A stretch of 56,257 bases of DNA, filler included, from Basidiobolus ranarum (lineage: Eukaryota), in NCBI GenBank assembly GCA_040143965.1. It is 5 parts of 5 records of this genome, joined end to end, with 100 filler letters (N's around TTAATTAATTAA, not from the genome) between each part and the next. Parts side by side here need not be neighbours in the genome. Positions count along the whole stretch, not along the records: positions 22,584 to 33,750 come from JASJQH010000632.1; positions 33,851 to 45,011 come from JASJQH010000633.1; 3 more parts are not named here. One strand, written 5' to 3'. Below, piece after piece: positions 22,631-35,554 of the stretch. A program made the translations under genes and the position numbers. Position 1 is the first letter of the stretch. The number at the start of each line of letters is the position of its first letter. The notes under the pieces are model-generated. The model made no database searches. It was not told where the DNA came from and saw only the letters and a list, made by a program, of their open reading frames with translations.

Positions 22631-24913
22631 GTAACCTTGGTTATTCCAGGACCCGAACAACCCCTCGTTGAAGGCATTGAAACTGCTTTCCGCAAAGGTA
22701 AAATCGTTTATATTCATTTGCACTATTACTGTCAATTAAATCATTTTTATTTTTACAGTTGGTATCCCTGTATTTGGTCCTTCACAGAAGGCTGCTCGCA
22801 TTGAAGGCTCCAAGGCCTTTTGTAAAGATTTTATGAAAAGACATAATATCCCCACCGCTGAGTACATGAACTTCACTGATTATGAAGCCGCTAGAAAATA
22901 CATCGAATCTGTCGACCATAATGTGGTCATTAAGGCTTCTGGCTTGGCAGCTGGTAAGGGTGTTCTTATTCCCCAGTCCAAAGAAGAAGCCTTGAATGAT
23001 CTCAAGGCCGTTATGGTTGATCGTATTTTTGGAGACGCTGGCAGTGAAGTTGTTGTCGAAGAATTTTTGGAAGGGCAAGAAGTTAGTGTGTTGGGTATCT
23101 CCGATGGGTACACCGTTGTCTCTCTTCCTCCTGCTCAAGATCATAAAAGAGCTTATGATGGCGATGAAGGGCCAAACACTGGTGGAATGGGATGCTATGC
23201 TCCCACTCCTGTTGCAACTAAGAAGATCATGGAAGAGGTCCAATCCAAGGTTATGCAAGCTACCATCAATGGCATGCGTCGTGATGGACATCCTTTTGTC
23301 GGAGTTCTTTTCGCCGGTCTTATGCTTACTTCTAGTGGAATCAAGGTTTTGGAGTTCAATTGCCGTTTTGGAGACCCAGAGACTCAAGTAGTTCTCCCTC
23401 TCCTCGAAACCGATTTAGCCGAGATCTTCGTGGCTTCCGTTGAACATCGCCTAGATTGCGTACCTATTAGCATCAAGAAAGGATATGCCACTACAGTCGT
23501 TGCTGCTTCGGGCGGATATCCTGGCGACTATGCCAAGAACAAGGAGATTACTCTCAAACAAACATCCGATGATGTTATCATCTTCCATGCTGGTACCAAA
23601 ACCGATGGAGATAAGCTTTTAACTTCGGGAGGTCGTGTTCTTGCTGCTTCTGGCATCGCTTCTACTTTACAAAGTTCTATTGACAAGGCATACCAGGGTA
23701 TTGACGCCGTCAACTTCGACGGGATGTTTTATCGTAAAGATATAGCTCATCGGTAAGTGTATATATACTGAAGACTCAGTTTGTATGTATATAGTCCTAA
23801 TTCTTACATTTTTGCAGTGCCATAAAATACTTGAATCAAGAATCTCAAAATTCTTCAGTTACCACTTATGCTGAAGCTGGTGTCAGTATTGACGCTGGTA
23901 ATCTTCTTGTACAAAAGATCAAGCCCCTTGTCAAGGCTACCAAGAGAATTGGATCTGACTCCGATATTGGCGGTTTTGGTGGCTTATTCGATCTTAAGGC
24001 TGCTGGCTTTGTCGATCCTATTTTGGTTTCCGCTACCGATGGTGTTGGAACCAAGCTTAAGATCGCACAATCAGTTGGCATTCACGATACCATCGGTATC
24101 GATCTTGTCGCTATGAATGTCAATGATCTTATTGTACAAGGTGCTGAACCCTTGTTTTTCTTGGACTACTATGCTTGTGGAAAATTAGATGTTGAAGTCG
24201 CCAAAGATGTAGTTGCTGGAGTCGCCAAAGGCTGCATAGGCTCTGGTTGTGCTCTCGTGGGTGGTGAAACAGCGGAAATGCCAGGTCTTTATGAAGTTGG
24301 TGATTATGATGTTGCTGGGTTCACTGTTGGTGCCGTTGAGCGTGATTCTATCTTACCTCGTATGGACGAGATGCAAGCTGGTGATGTATTGCTTGGTCTC
24401 CCTTCCTCAGGTGTTCACTCTAATGGATTCTCGTTGGTTCGCAAAGTAATTGAAAAGAATTCATTGGACTTCCATTCACCTTGTCCATTCGTTGAAGGCA
24501 AATCATTGGGCGAAGCCCTCTTAGTTCCTACCAGACTCTACATTAAGCAATTACTCCCTGTCGTCAAAAAATCCCTTGTCAAAGGAATGGCCCACATCAC
24601 TGGTGGTGGTTTCATTGATAATATCCCTCGAGTTCTTCCTGAAGGATTGGGTGCTCTTATTGATGCCTCCAGCTGGGAGCTTCCACCAGTCTTCAAATGG
24701 CTTAAGAAAGCCGGTAATATTCCCGCTCTCGAGATGGCTCGTACCTTCAACTGTGGTATTGGTATGGTCGTCATCTTAAATGAAGCTCATGTCAATGAAG
24801 TCGTGGAGATTCTTAAAGAGCATGGAGAAACTGCTTATGTAATGGGTAAACTCGTGAATAGAGAAGAGATCGACAACCAAGAAGTACACGTGACTGGTAT
24901 GGAAGCTTGGTAA
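22631..24913 (+). CDS. ADE5,7: Bifunctional GAR synthetase / AIR synthetase, 5' partial
   Basis: [58 protein letters not shown] and HITGGG; introns 22698-22758 and 23753-23817 keep the frame. Confidence 0.97.
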
Positions 24914-25809
24914 AAGAGATACATTTTAGCTAAGATGAATAAGGCAAACATATGATCACATCACATCACATCTTACAAATCCCTTTGAATGCATTCAATA
25001 GTGATAGATTTAAGTAAGCTTTTCTGATTTTACATGAGATTTTTAATTCGACTCCTCCATTAGAGATTTTCCATTAACTTAACATACATGATTATCAACC
25101 AAATTCTTGTAAATAAAAAAAATCCCCCCTCCCAAGTCAGCATAAAAATTCTATGTTAAAGTATCGGTTTTCCTTACATGTCCATCATTTCAATGGAATC
25201 ATGGGAATCTCTCATTTTTAGAATGGAAAACCAGTCTCGTTCATAATGCCATTCGATTTGTTTCGTTCTTATATATATTTCATTCCATATTAGTGTGACA
25301 TTGGATCTACTCACATCACATCACATCCCATCACCCTGCACCACACTGCACTGCTCCACATCCGGTGAAGATTGAAATAAATAGAAGATACACAAGTCCA
25401 CATGAACATGACTCATTAAATGTTATTTTATGGTCTAGGATATGGGATATACATTGGGAAATATGCAAAATTTCAGTTCAGTTTCTTACCAATAATTGAT
25501 ATTAAGTGGAGAGGATTAGAAACCTCACAAATAAAGTGTAAGATGAAATGAATTAGTTTCTGTCAAGTATAAAATACAGGAGGGAGGGGAAGAGTGAGGA
25601 AGCGGTAGAGAAGGTTCTCAAAAGGAGAAATATTATAAGTAATCTATTTCCAGCCATATTAAAAGATACATGAGAGTGATGGGATTCATAGGTCGGATAT
25701 ATATCTTGTATCTTATGACTCTGGTATGTAGACTAAAATGGTCCGGTGGTAAATATGCATAGTGTTCGAAGAAAAGTGGGTGAAATACACACCATGAATA
25801 TTTTGAAAG

Positions 25810-26904
25810 CTATAATGAATTGGTTTTCTCAGGGCGTCCGTACATAAATGTAGAGGAGATCACAATGAGTGCTCCTAAGGCGAATTGCGGCGATGGGTGG
25901 AAGTTGAAAAGATAGAAAGATACAACACTGGAGATAATTATGGAAAGCGATGTGGCAAATCCTTTAAGAATATTATCTGCATATTTCACTACCACTGCCA
26001 CCAACAAACCACCAAGTGCTTGGTTCAAAACTACAATCCATGTTAAAAGATCGTAGCCTTGAAAGAATCCTTCAACGCTAATGGCTTTTCCGTCATTAAT
26101 TAGCATGGCAACGAGCGAGAATACAGTTCCAGGAATACCGAGTTGGATGTTGCGAACCCACATACTAGTAGCGCTTCTTTTGAGCATTTTCTCAAAGTAA
26201 CAACCAGCGAACCCTGAGGAAAGACATGCGGCGATAACCGCAATCAGGCCAATTAATGGAGTCTGCATGCTTAAAATAGTCGCTTCTTCTTCATCAATGG
26301 TGGCGCTAACGGATTTGGTCGCGGCAGGCAGTTGAACTAATATTACTCCAACCATTAAAAGGATTAAACTAAACCACTTCTGACGAGAGAGTCTCTTGCC
26401 CAAAAGTATTACCGAAAACAATGCAGTGGTGAGAATTTTCATCTGATAAGTGATCTGAAAGGAAGTGGCCTCCAAGTTGGAAAGTGCAACAAATAAGAGA
26501 TTGTTTTGTATAGCGTAAAGTCCAGAAGGAATCACCATCTTGTTGATATCTGAAAAATTCTCGATAAACTCTTCATTCACCGTGCTCACAAAAATAGACC
26601 ACTTCCCCGACTCTTTATATAGAAAAAATAAACAAACGAACAGCTTGATAATTTCGGCAAAGAAAACCGCAGTCGATGCGATGTAAAGTGGTTGTCCAGG
26701 CAGCTGTACAATACGAGAATAACGGAGTAATAACACTAAAGAACTATTTTGAACAACGAGAGTACATAAACTCAAGTATTTCCGGAATGTTTCATCATCT
26801 AAGGTAATTAAATCAGTAAGAGCTGGGTCAAGTTATACTACCAAGGAGTGCTTACTTCTAGTTTTGATATTAATGGGAAGAGGAAGCTCCAAAGTATTTT
26901 TCAT
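25810..26904 (-). CDS. SLC35A-family nucleotide-sugar (UDP-galactose-type) transporter; exons 26904-26856 and 26798-25810
   Basis: PSGLYAIQNNL, YQMKILTTALFS, SGFAGCYFEK, SMWVRNIQL and VVKYADNILKGFATS. Confidence 0.93.
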
Positions 26905-27810
26905 CGTCACTATTGATATTAAGGAAAGTCAGAACGTGAAAGGAATGGACGAGACTAAAGACTAAAAATAGAAATTAAAGGGGTGGGTAGAGATTAAGTA
27001 CTGGAAGGATGGCAAGGAAGGGAAGCTATTGAATATTACGAGGTGGGCTGAAAATAAGTGTGGAATTCCAAAAGGTAGTAATGATAGAAAGGAAAGGAAA
27101 GGATTGGCTATGAGGGGAAGGACCGATAAGGAGAAATTTTCAGATTAAAAAGAAATTGGCCCCTCACAGGCAAGTCTTATCCTTAATTGAATTGAAGTGC
27201 ATCTCAATAGATTCAATGATCCTGACTCTTGTTCCGAATGAGATAATGAGCATTTTGCCTAAAACATGCACTTGTTCTCTGGGATGATACTCCGATAGAT
27301 TTCAAACAATGGCTAAATAGAATAACTAATGGCAATTCCTAATTACTGAGTGTCAATTGGACAATAAACATCGCGTATCAGTAATAAGCATACACAGCCT
27401 ATTGTGACTGGTGTTCTCGTTATTTCCGAGTGGTAAAAGGGTAGAGCAAGCCGCATGGGTCTAGCTTATACAACGATGGTCACCAATGATCGTTCCGAGT
27501 TGACTCGAGTGGAGCTTACCTAGATATTCGTTAACACTAAACTGTCCGATGTTGTATATGGAATTCCGTCATATTGGGACATTTTCAAGAGTGTGGTGTC
27601 GGGAGTGGAGAAACTAAATACAAAGTTTGTTGATCGCGTGGGATACTCTCTTTTCAGACCCCCTGGAATTTCGAGGATTAAAGCGGAGAACTCCAGTGGA
27701 GAGGAATAGTGTATTTAAATCAAGGCGAGCACGAAATATTTACAGACGAATGGTCGATTTCACGTACGAACGTTTCGCACTGGGATTGACTCTGAGAAAC
27801 ATTCGAGTTC

Positions 27811-28428
27811 ATGCCCCAACCCGGACTAGTGTCACTCCGAGAGGCACTGTTTGAAGTACCGTCAGGTGGGATTTCATTTCGTAATCTTCAGGATTTTCAA
27901 GAAATTTGGAGTTTGGCAACGAATTTCTGGGTCATGTATAGCAGAAAACGAATTCTAAAACATGGTGACACCGCTACTACCTACGCATGTCGTTTTGAGA
28001 AGAATAAAAAATCTTCGACAAAAAACCCCCAAGTTCCGGCTAACAAGCGACGGAATACCACAATTCGTGAGCCTGGCCAATGTAGAGTTCGAATTATTGT
28101 CAAAATCACCTCCAACAACACGGTCACGGTGCTTCGTGCCCAATCATCTGCACTACAACACACTCACTCCATGGAAGAAAGTGATCTCTTAAAGCGAAAC
28201 GATGCTATTCGAGATGCCATCCGGAGGGAGGCCCGGAACTTAGATTCCTCCCCTGGGCAGATCGAGCTTTCTATTAGAGAAACATTTGAACAGGTAGGTG
28301 CTCAGTTTGTCAATAAGGTGGAGATCGCCAATATACAGCGTAAAGAGAGGGAGAGGCTGGGGATTCAGTCATTGTCACCCAAAGTGCCAGACGATCCATT
28401 CATCTTCCACGTTCCAAATTATAAGTAA
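27811..28428 (+). CDS. Stand-alone WRKY/FAR1/AFT-like (MULE-derived) zinc-finger protein
   Basis: YACR...CRVRIIV...HTH (C-xn-C-xn-HxH) with a basic NKRR insert; intact ORF with no DDE domain. Confidence 0.6.
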   Translation: MPQPGLVSLREALFEVPSGGISFRNLQDFQEIWSLATNFWVMYSRKRILKHGDTATTYACRFEKNKKSSTKNPQVPANKRRNTTIREPGQCRVRIIVKITSNNTVTVLRAQSSALQHTHSMEESDLLKRNDAIRDAIRREARNLDSSPGQIELSIRETFEQVGAQFVNKVEIANIQRKERERLGIQSLSPKVPDDPFIFHVPNYK

Positions 28429-28917
28429 TAGAATGATCGGTATTAACGGAGCTCTGATACTATGCGCTCCAAGACCTTACATCCACTATTGGATCAACTA
28501 ACTCCTTCGAAAAGCGCCCACTTCCCAAAACCATGCGGGCAATTGAGCTGTAGAAAGTTGATGTAGGCGTATGTGTGACATGTTGATACATAGAATATGG
28601 TATCCCAAAGGCCTGGCTTTCTAAAATAATTGGCTTGTGTTAGATGAGCCACTCCTATATTTTTGTTGTAACAGATCTTTATTGTTTATTTAAATTTTTC
28701 GCCTGATATATGATGTAATGCACCTCTTGAAAAGATTCGATTTCTTGGAGGTTCTTGCCAATTAATAAATGATAGAATAAAAGGAAGTTTCCAATAATCG
28801 AAAGAGTGGTGGTCTCGGGTGTTTAAAATGAATGCGGCAAGGAGGCGGTATACAAGAGAAACTCAGGGAAATCGGTTACTTTCATGACTCACTCGTTGGT
28901 AGAGTGAGACGGTGTGT

Positions 28918-31900
28918 TTAGTTAGTAAAGACAGAGTCCAAGTATTGAGAATAATCATAGCCATCGTGTTTCACTGGCATGCTCTGAGTCAAGTATTCAA
29001 TGACTGGCCCAGGTACATGGGTCATCTTCAAATCAACTTCTGTAACATAATCCTAAAATCAGGTGTGTTAGAAATCAACTATGTACGAATATCACTTCTT
29101 AAGCATCGATGCAGTTCTTGAGTTACCTTTTCGCCAGCAACTGCTCTGAAAGCTTCTCTTAATTGCTCGGGTGTAGTTTGATCTTCAGTGATGCTAACCA
29201 TAAAGCCGATGAACTATTAAGGTTTGTTAGTATATGCAAACCAGTGTGCTTTAATTGACTTTCATTAAAAGCCTTTACCTGTTCAAAAGTAACAGTCTCT
29301 CCACCTTGAGCAACATATTCGAATACAGCTTCAAAGTCCTCATCCTAGTAGAAATATATACGTCAAAAACCATGCCCAGCGTAGGTTGTAAATTTAGACA
29401 CTTACTTGATAAACAATTCCCAAACTCTCCAAACCCATTCTGAATTCTAAAGCAGAAAGGGTGTTGGAGTTATCTTTGTCGAAGTAGCGGAAGGTGGATT
29501 CGAACTCTTCAAGCTGAGCAGGAGTAAGGTTGGTCATATTACGGGAGACAACCTGAAAGTATTTTTACGATGATTAGCATATTTCTCATGCTTTCAGCAT
29601 TATATCAAGAGACCAATCTAACCTGGTTTTCTATGAATGAGCGTTTCTTCGCAATGGCTTTTTGAATGAGATCTAAATCAAAGATGAGATCATCTGCGGA
29701 ATAGACGGTGTAGTCATTTTCTTCAATGCCAGCTTCACGGCATTGCTCATCAATATCTTTAATATCTTCAAGAGAAGAGCTCAAAGGACTCACACGGGCG
29801 CTCAATTGCTGGACTGTTTCAAGTTGGGACTACGTGGTGATATTATAAGATACATGAGTAAACTGCCAAGTTCAATTCAGTGTCAGACTCAAACTCACCT
29901 CCAAATCTCCAGAGAGATTGGTCAAAGCGGTTGAAATAGCATCTAACTCATTTTGGAATTCATTGGCTTGATTAGCGAAAGTCATGGTCAGATTTTCTTT
30001 GATCCTAAATAATTACGTTGCTCAATTAGTAAGTTGCACCGCGGTAAATTAATTCCAATCCGAAGTATATAAAGCCTCTTACAGTCTAATTTGTTCGTTG
30101 ATTGTTCTTCTACGTTCGCCTTCAGAGGAGAGGAGAGTATTCCATGCATCATCCAAATCCTGAAATAAAGATATTTCGTGTTAAAACCAACGAGTGCATA
30201 TTGTTGAGGAAACTTGCTTTACCTGAGGAGTCAAACCAGATGGGGGATTGTAGGGGTTAAGGTTGTAGGTGTTCAGCTTGGTTTGGATATTACCGAGCAA
30301 GGTGTCAATCTCATGCTTTTCAGCGACCCATGTACGTTTCTGGGTATTCTTATAATAATTAAACTCGGCAGATTGTTGTTTGGCATCGGCATAAGTGCCT
30401 TCGAAGCTAGAGTTTTGCCAGACTGATTGGATATCGCCCAAGTCATTCATTAGCTAAAGTTGATGTTATTAGCAAGCCGATTCGTCATAATACATCGATT
30501 GAACGAGGTATATTACCTGGGAAGCACGTCTTTCGTAATCATTTGCCATCTCCCAAACGGATTGTACAACCTCAGCGAACTTAGCAACACGTCTTCCGGC
30601 AGTTTCAATCTTATCTAAAATTAGGTAGAATATCTACGTTAGTCCATAATCGACAACATAGATTATATAAGCAATATCTCATACCAAGGGAGGAGAAAGC
30701 ATGGAAATATTGGGCAACGTAAGTCATGATAGACCTCTCATCAGGCTTGGCCATATCACAAACATCTTCAACATCCAAGAGTTTCTTTAGAAAAAGACAG
30801 TTAACATATGTGGATTATTGCCAAATTCTTAAGAGGATCAACTAACAGCAATTCCCAACTCTCTTTCAGCAACCTCAAATGCTAAGGCAGTATTTCCATG
30901 ACGATCAGCCTAAACAATAAATTTTGTTACACGTGCGCGGAATATCCATAAATCAGTCATGAAGTATTACCTTGTCCAAAGAGTGGTAATCCAAAAGATC
31001 AGGACGATGACGGTGAATCAAGGCACAGCTAAAAATGAAACATGATTAATATCAGAATAAAACACCAGTATACATATAAAATCAATACTTACAAAGCCAA
31101 ACCATCTTGCCAACTATATGTGAAATCTCTAACATTGACATCATCGTAGGGTTCAGTCTTTCTTTGACACCAAAGCAACAAGCCCTCCTTGGCTGTAAGA
31201 CCCTCTTCACTATTTAAAAATTAATGATCAACATAGGTACGACATAAATAAATCGTGATAAGTATTTCTAACCTAATTTCAGCGATAGTGAAACGTAAAA
31301 TGATGGTCCAAATCATTCCAAGAATTAATTTGGAATTCTGGTCCACGATATCTATAATCAACCAAGAAGTATGAATATATACCACTATAGATAGTAGCAA
31401 CTTAAAGAAAGCTTTACCTTCAGCACCAATGTTGGTAAGATTAACACCACGGAATTTGATGAATTCCAAAGCTTTGTTAACGTTCTCAACCTTTTGGATA
31501 CGAAGCTTGGGGTTGCGGTTGTATCTACCGAGAGTGGTGTCACCAATAATTTCCTGATAGGAACGATTCAGAGTCAATATGCGATGAATTACTATTGCAG
31601 CAAGAGACATATTTACCAAAAGATTGATGAGTAAAACACCATCAGCAATATCCTGGAATAAACTTTGGATGGTAGGAAGTTCTCTGACAGAAAGTTTGTT
31701 ATTCAACCTAAGAGGAAATGTGAGCCGAAAATAACCACATCTATAAACAAAAATAAGCCAAGAAGTACCATTTGGCAAATGCTATTGTCTATGTTAGTAA
31801 TGAGTTAAGAAGGTCTAATAATATTAACTTGGAACATACTTTTGCACTGAACCGATTCCCAGGTTTTATCCATTAGCAAAGCTAAAAATTGAAATAAATT

Positions 31901-32028
31901 GAAAAGCGTAAGTATCTGATAAACGTCCCAAAGCGGTCAGAAAAAATGGTGTAGGTAAAATTACCTGTGTCTTCAACAACTTGCATAGAGGCCTCGGAGG
32001 GTTGGAACATTAAAGAATTACGATCCAT
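28918..32028 (-). CDS. ain1: Alpha-actinin (CH-CH, spectrin repeats, EF-hands), many introns
   Basis: [71 protein letters not shown] and [15 protein letters not shown]; includes a 13-nt micro-exon at 31769-31781. Confidence 0.95.
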
Positions 32029-32567
32029 AGTAAATAATGGGGGTTGACTTCACGTTTGGTTCTTTGAAGGATAAGTAAAGCTGGGTTTTCTTTCACGAGG
32101 AAATTGTTGATGATCATCAAAATTGGGATTCGAACTTCGGACGTAATTCACGTGATGAGGCATCGAATAATTCCTTAATTGGTATTGTAGATGGTTGACC
32201 ATACCAAGTTGACAGGAAAAACTAATCAACAAATTATGTTTGAAATTTCGGCTATGGCCGAAAAGTTACCGCGTGATGTGGTAACTTTCATCTGAAACGC
32301 CACACTTACTATGGAATAGGTCGGTGACGTAAGGATTCAAGCCGAAAACAAAAATATTACTAGAGTGGATTATGATGGGCTAACATACAAATACAAACGG
32401 TGATTATGAATTCAGATATGAGAATTTGAAAACGAGTAAATATTTATTGATTGTATGCATTGCTGAGCATTGACTGAGTTAACCATTATATTGGATGGGA
32501 GATAAATATTAACATTAGTTTAGATCGAAGCTTCTCTGTGCAGTCTTGATGAACATGACGCTGCTTT

Positions 32568-33750
32568 TTAGTTGCTAGACTCGGGGAGCTTTCTGAATTT
32601 ACCCTGTAGCCATACTCGATACATCTTTAACTTGCGGTGACGATTAACAATCAACCGTCTATCGACAGCATTCTGCTCTATTTCAAATTTCTTTTCGAAA
32701 AGACGTTGAATCTCCTCTACATTGATGATTTAAATTAACCGGCACAATTTATAGAGTCATTGTAATGAAATGTACCTGATGTAAAGAAGTAAACACGAGT
32801 TCCATCTCCTCTAACGTAGAAATTTTCTTCGAGGTACCGGTTACCCTTGAAACGAAGCTGTGCCAAGTCATAGCGCCCATAATCTATTGTTCAAATATAA
32901 ATAACTTCAACATCGCGTGTAAAAAAAGTACTGCATCAAAAACCTCTAAAAAGAATCCTTCCCTCGGGTTTGAGTAGCTAAATCATATACTTGGTTAGTG
33001 AATGGTGGAGAAATGCTGTGTAAGAATGGGTAGAGACCTTGCTCAGGTTGGTAATAACTTGATCCCAACACTTGGGATTAATCGCAGAGACAACGAAAAC
33101 CAAAATAATCACATCTATAGATCCAGGTTCAACACATTCAGGAAGATTTGGGTCTGTGAGATCCCAGACAAAAGCTTGACTCCTCTCCTCATTATAAATC
33201 GGATTACTCTGTGGAAATAGTTAGCATTCAAGAAATGGCTATGCATTCTATTTATCGACATATATTTACTTTTACAACATCTACAGCAACGCTTGAGAAA
33301 TCACAACCATAGACATACAGATTGGGATCATCGTTTTCAGCCAATAATGGGAACATGGTATTACCAGCACCACAGCCAATTTCCATCACGTTGAATCTCT
33401 CTTTCTGTTAGAACCAAACATTGTAAGAATTTTATAAGTTGAATCATTGATGATAAATGCTAATACATAATTCTGGCCCGAGTGGAATAATTCTGGGAAT
33501 TCGAGTTTAAGCCAGTGACGATCTTTGAAGAACTTGTTCTCATTTTTCGCATAGAAATTATCCCAAAAGCCCGCTGCTTCAGCATCGTACTTTTCTGATC
33601 GTTTTTAAAAGGTTATATGAGAATGCTTTAGTTTACGGTAAGATATGGCGAATAATTCAAGACTAAACTGATTCCAAGTCAACCTTTTAAATCTTCAGAA
33701 ACAGGATTTTCGGCTTGTTTAGCTACTTTTTCTTTGGCCTGTTGTTCTTG
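32568..33750 (-). CDS. TRM140: tRNA m3C32 methyltransferase (Trm140/METTL2/METTL6 family), 5' partial; not in the ORF track
   Basis: Spliced translation gives [72 protein letters not shown] and [18 protein letters not shown]. Confidence 0.93.
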
Positions 33751-33850
33751 NNNNNNNNNNNNNNNNNNNNNNNNNNNNNNNNNNNNNNNNNNNNTTAATT
33801 AATTAANNNNNNNNNNNNNNNNNNNNNNNNNNNNNNNNNNNNNNNNNNNN
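33751..33850. other. Artificial contig linker
   Basis: 44 N + TTAATTAATTAA + 44 N. Confidence 0.99.
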
Positions 33851-33881
33851 TTAGATCCTTGCTTAATTAACCTTCACTTCC

Positions 33882-34795
33882 ATGCCCACTCTATCCAATG
33901 CAGCCCTTTGCCGGGAAGCGGTAGACAATTTCAATGATAGAAGTGTCATCCAACTAAGCACCGAAGGGGATGTACGCCGAGAAAATGGATATCTAGTACT
34001 ACGAGTGGTTAAAGGTGACAGACATCCATCAGGTGGATTTGTTGGAGATGGAGCTAGAGCTACAATGACTGAATCTTTACAATATGGAAAAATAACTGCT
34101 AGATTAAGAACAGCTGGAACTAGAGGAATAGTTAGTGCCATGTTTGTACGTATACAAGTTTGACTTAATCAAGCGAGAGTGAATATTAACTGAACATTTT
34201 GGAAAATATTTGTAGACTATGGCCAACGATAAGGATGAAGTGGATCTGGAGTGGTTGGGTGGGAAACCCAGAGCACTATTAAGTAACTTCTTCTATAAGG
34301 GGGATCTTGTTTTCACAAATAGTCAAGAGCATAATATAAACTTGGACAGCTCGAAGCAATTTGTTAATTACACCTTGGACTGGAAGCCCGATTATATTAG
34401 GTAACATTTTCCCAGCCTCCACATGTCTCCTTTTGATATTTACTTACGATTTGTCTCGCTTCACTATCAGCTGGTTGATCAACGGCCGAGTCGTGCGTAC
34501 ATTGAGAAAAGATCAAACATATGATAGTAAGATTAAGGCTTACAGATTCCCCAATAGTCCAGCCAAAGTGGAGTTCTCGTGAGTAGTAATTTATACACCT
34601 CTCAAATATATTGTATACTTATTCTTTATTCACTCCTTCAGTGTATGGGATGGTGGAGATAGCGATGAAGATGGTACCAGCGAATGGGCAGGTGGTAGAG
34701 TCAATTGGGAAGATAGAAATATCAATGATGATGGAAGACTTGATATGAAGATAGATCTCTTGGAGATCAAATGTCATCCAGAATTACGTGGTTAA
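33882..34795 (+). CDS. GH16 (Crh/Utr2-like) glycoside hydrolase/transglycosylase; three introns, 5' end unresolved at the contig edge
   Basis: QYGKITARLR, GIVSAMF, catalytic DEVDLEWLG, YTLDWKPD, WLINGRVVRTL, FPNSP and VWDGG..GTSEWAGG. Confidence 0.9.
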
Positions 34796-35554
34796 CATTG
34801 CACCCATGCCTCAATGAAACAGAACCAATTTATACCAAATATCACTCTACATCTTCACTTTCACTTCACCCTTTACTAGTTAGAATTAACGTCTCTTAGA
34901 CATTAATTGTTGTCTCTATTTATTAACATACATTTACCCAGTATTACTGCTTCCTTTAAATGAATATAAAGGTACTTTTCATAACCCCAATCACTATCAA
35001 GTTGAAGCTTTCACAGAATATCTTGTGGAAGCGCAATAAATTCCTTTGGATCCGTTCTCCATTGCAGTATCGTTTAATTAATTGTTGGAACCAATCAACA
35101 GTACAGTACATGATAAGGTAAGCTTGAGATAGTTAACGTTTCACTGAATTTAGTAATCTCGCATCCACCTTGGTGCTAGCCAATAGCCACTAGCTAATAT
35201 GATTGAGCATAAGAGATACGACTGGTGTTCTTGTAGATTTATAATTTGCCAAATTGAACAGACGCTTCTTAATTACAAGTATAAGTTTGCTATGTTAGGG
35301 TTTATATTGTTTATGTGAATAGGAATAGGAATTAATGCTGGTAAAAAGAAGAATTAACAATAAATAGACACGAAGCAATTACTATTATCAATATTACGGA
35401 TATGTATAATGATTCCTATGAAAACAGGGTGCCAAATTCCATTGGTAAAGAACACCGAACAAATGTCTATATTACAAATAGGCATAAAAACTAGAGATGT
35501 ACGTCAGGAATGAGCATGTCAAACAAGCCTCAATCGCTATATGTGATTTCCTTT

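Noticed and set aside
22782-24779. Antisense and alternate-frame ORFs over ADE5,7 (similarly 47633-48208 over the kinase)
   Set aside because: Codon-bias shadows of well-conserved genes, with no motifs of their own.
32120-32145. GTTCGAATCC T-loop-like motif on the minus strand (also near 17103 and 29497)
   Set aside because: No cloverleaf or A-box; two of the sites lie in coding exons. No tRNA or rRNA can be supported in this window.
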